Part shown: positions 39,850-50,112 of the stretch, piece by piece
How positions within the stretch are numbered: position 1 is the first letter of the stretch
Layout of the letters: each line of letters begins with the position of its first letter
DNA from: Flavobacteriaceae bacterium
GTDB lineage: Bacteria > Bacteroidota > Bacteroidia > Flavobacteriales > Flavobacteriaceae
Assembly (NCBI GenBank): GCA_030148025.1
Contig: JASBUG010000037.1
Location: 1-64,000, forward strand
Direction of reading: 5' to 3'
DNA length: 64,000 nt
Translations under genes and position numbers: made by a program
Notes under the pieces: generated by a model
The model's database searches: none
Seen by the model: only the letters and a program-made list of their open reading frames with translations
What the model was told of the DNA's origin: nothing

Positions 39850-40056
39850 ATGCCAATAATTGTAAATCTTGATGTCATGCTGGCAAAGCGCAAAATGAAA
39901 AGTAAAGACTTGGCAGAAATCATTGGTATTACTACAGCAAATTTGTCTATTCTAAAATCGGGGAAGGCAAAGGCTATAAGGTTTTCTACTTTAGAAGCTA
40001 TTTGTAAAGCACTCGATTGCCAACCGAGTGATATTTTAGAGTATGTAAAGGATTAG
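39850..40056 (+). CDS. XRE-family (HTH_26, YozG-like) transcriptional regulator
   Basis: MPIIVNLDVMLAKRKMKSKDLAEIIGITTANLSILKSGKAKAIRFSTLEAICKALDCQPSDIL is the canonical Cro/C1 HTH. Confidence 0.8.
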   Translation: MPIIVNLDVMLAKRKMKSKDLAEIIGITTANLSILKSGKAKAIRFSTLEAICKALDCQPSDILEYVKD

Positions 40057-40132
40057 TTTTACCCAACTAGTCTGCTTATGTAATTAGGATTAAACAAAAA
40101 CACTATATTAGTCGTTTAAACACTATCAATCA

Positions 40133-41941
40133 ATGAGAAAACTACTAGTACTTTTATGTGTTGTGGCTTTTGTTAGCTGTAAAAAATCAGAAGAAAAAAG
40201 TAACACATCAACAAGCACAGATACTCAAGTATCAACGACCTATCAAATTTCATTTGAAAACGCAGTACATCATGAAGCTGAAATTTCAGCAACATTTACC
40301 AATCTAAAAAATGATGAAGTGGAGTTTCGTATGAGCCGTACTTCGCCAGGGCGCTATGCTTTACACGAGTTTATGAAAAACGCTTACAATGTAAAGGCAA
40401 CAGATGGCGCTGGAAATGTTCTAGAAACTACACGACCTGATCCATATTCTTGGAAAGTAAAAGGACATGACGGAACCGTAAAAGTGAGTTATACCTTATT
40501 CGCAAATAGAGGTGGCGGAACCTATGCTCAAGTTGATGAAACTCATGCACATCTTAATATTCCAGCGACGTTTATGTATGCGCCAGAGTTATCAAATGAT
40601 GCCATGGAAGTAACCTTTAATGTACGTGAAGATTTGGGCTGGAAAGTGGCCACACAGTTAAAGCATGTAGAAGGAAACACCTATTATGCAAGAGACTTAC
40701 AATATTTTATGGATAGTCCAACAGAGATAAGTAACCATAGTGTACGTTGGTTTGAAGTTGATGGACAAAACATTCATTTTGTATTACATCACAATGGAAC
40801 CGAAGCTGAATTTGACACTTATTTTGAAAGCGTAAAAAAAGTAGTATTACAACAAAAAGCAATTTTTGGAGAATTGCCAAAGTTCGACTACGGCGATTAT
40901 TATTTCTTAGGATGTTATATTCCAAATGCATCTGGAGATGGAATGGAACATAGAAATTCTACCATTTTAACAACAACTAGAAGTTTAGCAAATAATGGTA
41001 TAAAACGTAATATTGGAACAGTATCACACGAATTTTTCCATGCTTGGAATGTTGAACGTATTCGCCCAGAATCCTTAGAGCCATTCGATTTTGAAGAAGC
41101 AAATATGAGTGGTGAATTATGGTTTGCTGAAGGCTTCACAAGCTATTTTGATGACTTAACTTTATGTAGAGCAGGAATAATGAGTCGCGAAGATTATGTA
41201 AGTGGTCTTGCAGGTAATTTTAACTATGTATGGAATTCTCCAGGGCGTAAATTCTTTAATCCAATCGAGATGAGTTACCAAGCACCATTTGTTGATGCTG
41301 CACGCTCTGTAGATCCTGTAAACAGAAGTAACACATTTATTTCTTACTACTCTTATGGAAGTGTTTTAGGGCTTGCTTTAGATTTATCACTTCGTGAAAA
41401 AGATTTGAATCTAGATGATTATATGAAATTGGTTTGGAACAAATATGGAAAAAACGAAAAACCATATACTGTTGCCGATCTTCAAAATACGTTAAATGAG
41501 TTTGCTGGAGACAAATTTGGAGATGAGTTCTTTAATAAATATATCCATAAAAGTGAGATGCCAGATATGAAGCGTTTATTTGAAAGTGTTGGCGTATCAT
41601 TAACTCAAGACCCGAATGTTGTATTATTTGGTGCTGGGTTAAATAGAAATAACATGATATCTGGAAATACAAAAATAGGATCAAGCTCATATAATGCCGG
41701 ATTAGAAAGAGGCGATAAGATCATTCAAATAGGAGATTATGTTCTAAATGATAATTTCAGTGACATTTTAAAGAATTTCAAACCTGGAGATGAAACAAAA
41801 GTTGTTTACGAACGTCTTGGTAATAAACAAGAAACTAATCTCACGTTTGTAAATAATCCATCGTATACTATCGAAATAAATAAGGACGCATCAGATACTC
41901 AAAAAGCTAAACGTGACGATTGGTTAAGTAGTAAAGAGTAA
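40133..41941 (+). CDS. M61-family metallopeptidase (glycyl aminopeptidase-like) lipoprotein with a C-terminal PDZ domain
   Basis: Lipobox (LCVVAFVSCKK), HEFFHAW zinc motif, and a PDZ-like region (GLERGDKIIQIGDYVL). Confidence 0.7.
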   Translation: MRKLLVLLCVVAFVSCKKSEEKSNTSTSTDTQVSTTYQISFENAVHHEAEISATFTNLKNDEVEFRMSRTSPGRYALHEFMKNAYNVKATDGAGNVLETTRPDPYSWKVKGHDGTVKVSYTLFANRGGGTYAQVDETHAHLNIPATFMYAPELSNDAMEVTFNVREDLGWKVATQLKHVEGNTYYARDLQYFMDSPTEISNHSVRWFEVDGQNIHFVLHHNGTEAEFDTYFESVKKVVLQQKAIFGELPKFDYGDYYFLGCYIPNASGDGMEHRNSTILTTTRSLANNGIKRNIGTVSHEFFHAWNVERIRPESLEPFDFEEANMSGELWFAEGFTSYFDDLTLCRAGIMSREDYVSGLAGNFNYVWNSPGRKFFNPIEMSYQAPFVDAARSVDPVNRSNTFISYYSYGSVLGLALDLSLREKDLNLDDYMKLVWNKYGKNEKPYTVADLQNTLNEFAGDKFGDEFFNKYIHKSEMPDMKRLFESVGVSLTQDPNVVLFGAGLNRNNMISGNTKIGSSSYNAGLERGDKIIQIGDYVLNDNFSDILKNFKPGDETKVVYERLGNKQETNLTFVNNPSYTIEINKDASDTQKAKRDDWLSSKE

Positions 41942-41942
41942 A

Positions 41943-42377
41943 ATGAATAATGAAATTTCTAGAAAAAGTTGGTTTTCAAGAAATAAATCTTGGGCACTTC
42001 CAACAGGAGGTTGTTTATTAGTTGTTTTGGTTGTGGTTTGTATAGCGCTCATGTTTTTTGTGGGCCTAAAGGAAACTGTTTTTGAATCTGGACCTTATAA
42101 ATATGCTGTAGAAGAAGCTTCAAACAATTTGAAAGTAAAAGAAGTTTTAGGAGATGATATTATTACAGAATCAATATTCAGCGGTAGAATAACTATAGAT
42201 AATGATCAACATGCAGATTTTAAAATCCCATTAAAAGGTAATAAGAGCAAAGGATTTGTTTTTGTAATTGCCGAAAGAGAAAATAAAACTCAGGATTGGC
42301 AGTATAAAAAACTGTATGTCATTGCTGAAAAATCAACAGATACGATCCACTTACTCAACTCTAGAAATACCGAATAA
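41943..42377 (+). CDS. Coa1-like small membrane protein; paralog 2
   Basis: KSWFSRNKSWALPTGGCLL TM anchor. A paralog of the gene at 28897. Confidence 0.45.
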   Translation: MNNEISRKSWFSRNKSWALPTGGCLLVVLVVVCIALMFFVGLKETVFESGPYKYAVEEASNNLKVKEVLGDDIITESIFSGRITIDNDQHADFKIPLKGNKSKGFVFVIAERENKTQDWQYKKLYVIAEKSTDTIHLLNSRNTE

Positions 42378-42417
42378 TTTTACAGAAAATACTAAAGCAA
42401 ATATGTAACTTTATAAC

Positions 42418-43677
42418 ATGTTTGCTTTAGTTGATTGTAATAATTTTTATGCTTCGTGCGAGCGCGTATTTAATCCTAATTTACGCCAGAAACCTATTGC
42501 AATTTTATCTAATAATGATGGTTGTGTGATTTCCAGAAGCGATGAAGCTAAAGCATTAGGTTTGCCAATGGGCGCACCTATTTTTAAATGGGAAGGCTTC
42601 TGTAAAGCAAATAACATTAAGGTATTTTCATCAAACTATCCTTTGTACGGAGATATGAGTACGCGTGTGATGAAAATATTAGAGCAATTTACACCAGATG
42701 TTGAGGTTTATAGTATAGATGAATCCTTTTTAGAGTTTAAAGGATTTGATTATGTTGATTTTGATGCATATGGACTCGAAATCCGAAAACGTGTATTAAA
42801 ATGGACAGGAATTCCAACTTGTGTTGGAATAGCTCCAACTAAAGCATTATCGAAAGTAGCCAATAAAATTGCGCGAAAATTTCCTAAAGAAACTAAAGGG
42901 GCTTATGTTATTGATTCAGAAGAAAAGCGTGTAAAAGCACTTAAATGGATACAGCTTAAAGATGTTTGGGGAATTGGTCGAAGGTTGCATAAACGCTTAT
43001 CAGCAAAGGGTTGTAAAACAGCGTATGACTTTGTGCAATTACCAGATGATTGGGTACGTCAGCAGTTTTCTATTACTGAATGGAAGCTTAAAAAAGACCT
43101 TGAAGGTGTTCCTAAGCTTACCTTGGATATGAGAGAAACTAAACGAGCAATCGCTACAACTAGAAGTTTTGATTTTACTTATGATGATATTAATTACATT
43201 AAAGAACGTGTTTCTACATTTGCAGTAACTTGTGCTGAGAAATTGAGGCAGCAACACTCTAGTTGTTATATGATTATTGTAACATTAAGTAGCGATAGTC
43301 ATAAGCGGAATTTAAAACAACATCGAGGGAGTCAAGTTGTAAAATTATCCTACCCAACTGATTCTACATTAACCATAAGTAAGGCTGCTGTAGAAGCTGT
43401 AGAAACTATTTTTAAACAAGGAGTTAAATATAAAAGAGCAGGTGTTATTGTTACAGGTTTAGTGCCTACAGAAAATCATCAGTTGCATTTATTTGACGCT
43501 GAAAATCCTAAGCACAAACCTTTAATGGGAGTTATGGATAAGCTCAATTATAAGTATGGTGATTATAAATTAAAATTAGGTAATCAAGATTTAGAGCGTA
43601 CGTGGAAAATGCGTCAAGAACGATTAACACCTCGATATACAACAAATATTAAAGATATTATAAAAGTAAAATGCTAA
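42418..43677 (+). CDS. umuC: Y-family translesion DNA polymerase (UmuC-like)
   Basis: ALVDCNNFYASCERVF...ILSNNDGCVISRS matches the UmuC/DinB N-terminal catalytic motifs. Length 419 aa. Confidence 0.85.
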   Translation: MFALVDCNNFYASCERVFNPNLRQKPIAILSNNDGCVISRSDEAKALGLPMGAPIFKWEGFCKANNIKVFSSNYPLYGDMSTRVMKILEQFTPDVEVYSIDESFLEFKGFDYVDFDAYGLEIRKRVLKWTGIPTCVGIAPTKALSKVANKIARKFPKETKGAYVIDSEEKRVKALKWIQLKDVWGIGRRLHKRLSAKGCKTAYDFVQLPDDWVRQQFSITEWKLKKDLEGVPKLTLDMRETKRAIATTRSFDFTYDDINYIKERVSTFAVTCAEKLRQQHSSCYMIIVTLSSDSHKRNLKQHRGSQVVKLSYPTDSTLTISKAAVEAVETIFKQGVKYKRAGVIVTGLVPTENHQLHLFDAENPKHKPLMGVMDKLNYKYGDYKLKLGNQDLERTWKMRQERLTPRYTTNIKDIIKVKC

Positions 43678-43688
43678 TAACTGTCAGA

Positions 43689-44047
43689 CTGAGCGCAGTC
43701 GAAGTCCAATGAAATATGAATTTTTATTATGTTTATATATTAAGATGTAATGATGACTCCTTTTATATAGGAATTACAAATAATATAAGTAAACGTTTCA
43801 ATGAACATCAATAAGGACTGGATAAAAATAGTTATACTTATAGCAGAAGACCTCTAATTTTGGAATTTAGCCAAGAGTTTAATGATGTTCTTCAAGCAAT
43901 TTATTTTGAAAAGAAGATTAAAGGATGGACTAGAGCAAAAAAACAAGCACTAATTAATGATGAATGGGATATGCTTAAGATTTTAGCAGAATGTAGAAAT
44001 GCGACACATTGTAAATATAAAGATTCAAGCGCTTCGACTGCGCTCAG
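43689..44047. mobile_element. Roughly 360 bp cassette bounded by perfect 16 bp terminal inverted repeats (CTGAGCGCAGTCGAAG ... CTTCGACTGCGCTCAG), carrying a GIY-YIG ORF; MITE-like
   Basis: The inverted repeats were read directly at 43689-43704 and 44032-44047. The cassette fills the umuC-umuD intergenic space. Confidence 0.55.
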
Positions 44048-44072
44048 CGGGACAAACCGAACAAAAACCTAA
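43716..44072 (+). pseudogene. GIY-YIG nuclease-domain ORF interrupted by an in-frame TAA at 43812-43814
   Basis: MNFYYVYILRCNDDSFYIGITNNISKRFNEHQ*GLDKNSYTYSRRP... The frame is continuous across the stop. It is a paralog of 35955-36233. Confidence 0.55.
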
Positions 44073-44074
44073 AT

Positions 44075-44515
44075 ATGTTAATAAAAGAAACTAAAAACCT
44101 CACGTTCTATACACCAGAAACAGTTAAGGATTCTGGAGCACTATTTTTTGATGCTGGAATTTCAGCAGGATTTCCATCGCCAGCAGAAGATTTTAAAGAG
44201 CATCGTTTATCACTAGATGAAGAACTGATAACTAATAAAGAAGCAACTTTTTTTGCACGTGTTAGCGGTCAATCAATGATCAATGCTGGATTAGATGATA
44301 ACGATTTATTAGTGATAGATAGAAGTCTGGAACCTACTCATAACAAAATTGCTGTTTGTTTTTTAGATGGAGAGTTTACCGTAAAACGGTTAAAAGTTGA
44401 AAATGATGGTGTTTGGCTACAACCTGAAAATGAAAATTACCAACCTATAAAAGTCACAGAAGAAAACAATTTTGTTATTTGGGGAATTGTTACAAATGTG
44501 ATAAAAAAAGTATAA
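44075..44515 (+). CDS. umuD: UmuD/LexA-like S24 peptidase
   Basis: An Ala-Gly cleavage site (ISAGFP), Ser nucleophile (SGQSM) and Lys (TVKRLK). Confidence 0.8.
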   Translation: MLIKETKNLTFYTPETVKDSGALFFDAGISAGFPSPAEDFKEHRLSLDEELITNKEATFFARVSGQSMINAGLDDNDLLVIDRSLEPTHNKIAVCFLDGEFTVKRLKVENDGVWLQPENENYQPIKVTEENNFVIWGIVTNVIKKV

Positions 44516-44520
44516 AGCTG

Positions 44521-45066
44521 TTGAGTAATATTGTTTATAAAAGAGCTCAAACAAAAGAAGAACTACAACAAATTCTAGCACTTCAGCGCGCTAATATTCC
44601 ATCAGCAATTTCTAAAAATGAAAAAGAAGCAGAAGGCTTTGTAACAGTGCATCATACATTTGAAATATTGAATGCAATGAATGCAAAGTGCCCTCATGTT
44701 ATTGCTACTTATAAAGAAAAGGTAATAGGTTATGCCTTATGTATGCATCCAGAATTCAAGAATGATATTGAAGTTTTAAAGCCAATGTTCGAACAAATCG
44801 ATGCTTGTCTAAAAGGAGATAAATCCTATTTGGTAATGGGACAGATTTGTATTGACAAAGCTTTTCGTAAACGAGGTGTTTTCAGGGGGTTATATAATTT
44901 TATGAGAGAAGAATTGCAGTCGAGGTTTGATATGATTGTTACAGAAGTTGATGAAGCTAATGTAAGATCTATGAATGCTCATTTTGCAATTGGATTTAAA
45001 GTCTTATATTCATATCATTCTAATCAGCAAGATTGGAAAATCATTTATATAAATACGACTAACTAA
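44521..45066 (+). CDS. GNAT-family N-acetyltransferase (putative)
   Basis: Acetyl-CoA-binding-like FRKRGVFRGLY motif. The likely TTG start at 44521 avoids overlap with umuD. Confidence 0.4.
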   Translation: MSNIVYKRAQTKEELQQILALQRANIPSAISKNEKEAEGFVTVHHTFEILNAMNAKCPHVIATYKEKVIGYALCMHPEFKNDIEVLKPMFEQIDACLKGDKSYLVMGQICIDKAFRKRGVFRGLYNFMREELQSRFDMIVTEVDEANVRSMNAHFAIGFKVLYSYHSNQQDWKIIYINTTN

Positions 45067-45078
45067 ACGCAAACACAT

Positions 45079-46890
45079 ATGGTAGAGTTGTCTACGTTTG
45101 ATATTGCATTAATTATCACCTTTTTTGCAATAACATTATTCATTGGAATTTATGTATCTAAACAATCAGGTAAAAGTGCTTCTGAGTATTTTTTATCAGG
45201 ACGAAGTATGCCTTGGTGGCTTCTAGGAGTCTCAATGGTAGCTACTACGTTTTCTACAGATACACCTAATTTGGTAACAGATATTGTTCGTAATAATGGA
45301 GTGTCAGGAAATTGGGTTTGGTGGGCTTTTTTAATAACAGGACTACTAACTGTTTTTGTGTATGCTAAGCTTTGGCGAAAATCACAAGTGAATACAGATA
45401 TAGAGTTTTATGAATTGCGATATGGTGGCGCACCTGCTCGTTTTTTAAGAGGGTTTAGAGCTGTTTACTTAGGAATTATCTTTAATGTGCTAGCTATGGC
45501 AGGAGTAACCTTAGCAGCTATTAAAATAGGAAGTATTATGTTGGGGCTGCAACCATGGGAAACGGTGGTGTATGCTGGAGTTATAACGGTTATTTTTAGT
45601 GCACTTGGAGGGTTTAAAGGTGTAGTGTATACAGATTTTATTCTATTCTTTACAGCAATGGCAGGAGCCATAGGCGCTGCATATTATTTGGTAGGACTGC
45701 CTGAAGTTGGAGGTTTGGAGAATTTATTACAAAACGAAAATGTTGTAGATAAGTTGTCTATTTTGCCAGATTTTAGTGATAAAGAAGCTTTAATAACATT
45801 ATTGATTATTCCTTTAGCAGTACAATGGTGGAGTTCGTGGTATCCAGGAGCAGAACCTGGAGGTGGAGGTTATATTGCACAACGAATGTTAGCTGCAAAA
45901 AATGAGAATCATGCCATAGGAGCAACTTTCTTTTTTAATATTATGCATTATGCTTTGCGTCCTTGGCCATGGATTATTGTGGCTTTGGCATCTTTGGTTG
46001 TGTTTCCAGATTTGGCAAGTATCCAAGAAGCATTTCCAAATGTGGGCGAAGATAAATTAGGTCATGATTTAGCATATTCAGCGATGCTAACAAAATTGCC
46101 TAGTGGTTTATTAGGTTTAGTTTTAGCGTCTTTAGTTGCGGCTTACATGAGTACTATTTCTACACATTTAAATTGGGGAAGCTCGTATATTGTAAATGAT
46201 TTTTATAAGCAGCAGATCAATAAAAATGCTTCTGAAAAAGAATTAGTTCGTATTGGGCGTTTATCAACAGTACTATTAATGGTATTTAGTGCACTATTAG
46301 CTTTAGCGCTTACTAACGCACTTCAATTGTTTAAGTATATATTAATGTTTGGAGCAGGAACTGGCCTTATTTTTATTTTGCGTTGGTTCTGGTGGCGAAT
46401 TAATGCTTGGAGTGAAATTTCGGCAATGTTTTCATCAGGAATAATTTCGTTATTAATTGCATTGACACCTCTTGGTGCAAAATTATTTGGAGAAGATGCA
46501 TTAATGCCTTCTTGGGCTGAATTTCCTTTTGTGGTATTTGTGACAACTGTAATTTGGATTGCAGTAACGTATGTAACACAACCTGAAACTAAAGAAATTT
46601 TGCAACAATTTTATAAAAGAACACAACCAGGTGGTCCTGGATGGAATAAGGTAGTAAAAGAAGCTAAAGATAATGGAGTTGAAATTGTTGATTCCAATAA
46701 AGGTTGGAGTGTTCCTTCGGGAATATTAGCAATGCTTGTTGGCTGTGTGCTTATTTATAGTGTGATGTTTACCACAGGAAATCTTATTTATGGAAATTAT
46801 TCTGATGCATTAATTCTATTAATAGTTTCTGTGGTTTCAGGTGTTATATTAGTTAAACTTTGGAAGAAAATAAAAGCAAATATTCTATAG
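45079..46890 (+). CDS. Sodium:solute symporter (SSS) family transporter
   Basis: 603 aa with about 14 TM segments and an SSS-like N-terminus (YFLSGRSMPWWLLGVSMVATTFS). Confidence 0.7.
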   Translation: MVELSTFDIALIITFFAITLFIGIYVSKQSGKSASEYFLSGRSMPWWLLGVSMVATTFSTDTPNLVTDIVRNNGVSGNWVWWAFLITGLLTVFVYAKLWRKSQVNTDIEFYELRYGGAPARFLRGFRAVYLGIIFNVLAMAGVTLAAIKIGSIMLGLQPWETVVYAGVITVIFSALGGFKGVVYTDFILFFTAMAGAIGAAYYLVGLPEVGGLENLLQNENVVDKLSILPDFSDKEALITLLIIPLAVQWWSSWYPGAEPGGGGYIAQRMLAAKNENHAIGATFFFNIMHYALRPWPWIIVALASLVVFPDLASIQEAFPNVGEDKLGHDLAYSAMLTKLPSGLLGLVLASLVAAYMSTISTHLNWGSSYIVNDFYKQQINKNASEKELVRIGRLSTVLLMVFSALLALALTNALQLFKYILMFGAGTGLIFILRWFWWRINAWSEISAMFSSGIISLLIALTPLGAKLFGEDALMPSWAEFPFVVFVTTVIWIAVTYVTQPETKEILQQFYKRTQPGGPGWNKVVKEAKDNGVEIVDSNKGWSVPSGILAMLVGCVLIYSVMFTTGNLIYGNYSDALILLIVSVVSGVILVKLWKKIKANIL

Positions 46891-46891
46891 A

Positions 46892-47980
46892 ATGTCTATG
46901 TCTAATAGAATAGTTTCTGTAGATATTTTACGTGGGTTTACCATTGTTGCTATGATTTTGGTAAACAACCCTGGAAGTTGGAGCCATGTATATGCGCCTC
47001 TTTTGCATGCTGAATGGCATGGAATGACACCAACAGACCTTATTTTCCCTTTCTTTTTATTTATTGTTGGAATCTCTATTTATTTCGCTTACAAGAATAA
47101 ACCAAACAGTAAATCAACCTATAAAAAGATTATAATTAGAAGCTTAAAATTGTTTGGATTAGGATTCTTTTTAAGTTGGTTCTTACCATACTATCCCTTT
47201 TTTAGAGACCTTGAAGTAGTAAGAATTCCAGGAGTGTTACAACGTATTGGAGTTGTATTTTTAGTAACAGCAATTTTATATAAAAACTGTAATTGGAAAA
47301 CCTTACTATGGATAGGTGTTATTATTTTAATAGGGTACTGGATCTTACTTGGTTTTGTACCATTGCCAGATGGAACAATGCCAACCTTTGATAGAGCTGC
47401 AAACAATTGGGCGATGTATATCGATTTGAATATTCTAGGAGAACACATGTGGAAAGATGACTATGATCCAGAAGGATTAGCAAGCACGTTTCCAGCAATA
47501 GTTACTTGTATTTCTGGAGTTTTAATTGGAAAGATGCTGGATGGATTAAAGAAACTCAAAAAATTAGTATTAATAGGAATTATATTGCTTGTTTGTGGTT
47601 ATATGTTTAGTGTTTGGGTTCCATTAAATAAAGCAATATGGAGCAGTAGTTTTGTTTTGGTCACCAGTGGATGGGCAACACTTATATTGTCATTGATCTA
47701 CTATTTTACAGATATTAAGAAGATCAAAACAGGAAGTGTTTTTAAATACGCAGGTATGAATGCCATTACCATTTTCTTTTTGTCTGGGTTTATTGCAAAA
47801 ACTTTTTACCTATTAAAAATTAAAGAGAAGAGTATTCATTATTGGCTTTATTCAACTTTATATAATCATGATTTTTTGAGTGATAAACTTTCATCTTTAC
47901 TATATGCCTTAACAGTTATAGCCTTTTATATAATACTCTCGTTTTTCATGTTTAAGAAGAAGATATTTATTAAAGTATAG
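46892..47980 (+). CDS. DUF5009/DUF1624 membrane protein (heparan-alpha-glucosaminide N-acetyltransferase-like)
   Basis: DILRGFTIVAMILVNNPGSWSHVYAPLLHAEWHGMTPTDLIFPFF is the HGSNAT-like N-terminal signature. Confidence 0.55.
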   Translation: MSMSNRIVSVDILRGFTIVAMILVNNPGSWSHVYAPLLHAEWHGMTPTDLIFPFFLFIVGISIYFAYKNKPNSKSTYKKIIIRSLKLFGLGFFLSWFLPYYPFFRDLEVVRIPGVLQRIGVVFLVTAILYKNCNWKTLLWIGVIILIGYWILLGFVPLPDGTMPTFDRAANNWAMYIDLNILGEHMWKDDYDPEGLASTFPAIVTCISGVLIGKMLDGLKKLKKLVLIGIILLVCGYMFSVWVPLNKAIWSSSFVLVTSGWATLILSLIYYFTDIKKIKTGSVFKYAGMNAITIFFLSGFIAKTFYLLKIKEKSIHYWLYSTLYNHDFLSDKLSSLLYALTVIAFYIILSFFMFKKKIFIKV

Positions 47981-47984
47981 ATAA

Positions 47985-48019
47985 TAAAAAACGCGAAGCA
48001 ATTGCTTCGCGTTTTTTTA
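47985..48019. terminator. Bidirectional rho-independent terminator
   Basis: An acgcgaagc / gcttcgcgt stem flanked by an A run and a T run. Confidence 0.7.
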
Positions 48020-48037
48020 TATTATAAGTAACAAAAC

Positions 48038-48313
48038 TTAGTCAGCTAAAACTATAATTTTATTATCGTTCATTTCAATGGTACCAGAATTAATTGCCAA
48101 TGAAACACCTTTATCAATTTTAGTAAACTTATCTTCAACCTCTTCTTCTAGTTGAATATTACCATAAACTTTTACTTGTCCTTCTTTTAATAAAGACACA
48201 ATTGGTGCGTGATCTTTAAGCATTTCGAATTCACCGTTCACTCCAGGAACAGCAACCGAATCTACTTCTCCACTATATAAAGTGGCTTCTGGTGTTACAA
48301 TTTCTAAATGCAT
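48038..48313 (-). CDS. atpC: F0F1 ATP synthase epsilon subunit
   Basis: MHLEIVTPEATLYSGEVDSVAVPGVNGEFEMLKDHAP matches the epsilon N-terminal beta-sandwich. Confidence 0.8.
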   Translation of the reverse strand: MHLEIVTPEATLYSGEVDSVAVPGVNGEFEMLKDHAPIVSLLKEGQVKVYGNIQLEEEVEDKFTKIDKGVSLAINSGTIEMNDNKIIVLAD

Positions 48314-48386
48314 AGTATAATTTTTGCAGTCTGCAGTTTACAGTTAGCAGTCACTGAGGACTGAATACTGAATACTGCTAACTAAT

Positions 48387-49898
<1,512 letters not shown>

Positions 49899-50056
49899 TT
49901 ATATATTTATTGTTTTGCTAATATATTATTCGAAAACATAGCCTGTTTTTCGCGCTGCAAAGATATATTTTTTAATTAAAAAACACACATATTTGGAATC
50001 AAAAATGAAAGGTTTTTTGCAAGCTTATTTTTTAGTTAGTGAGAAAGCATATAAAA

Positions 50057-50087
50057 CTAAAAAACCCAGAACAAAATTCTGGGTTTT
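50057..50087 (-). terminator. Rho-independent terminator of the SGNH lipoprotein gene
   Basis: An aacccagaa / ttctgggtt stem with a U run on the minus strand. Confidence 0.6.
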
Positions 50088-50112
50088 AAATATTTAAATA
50101 ATGTAAATTTTA

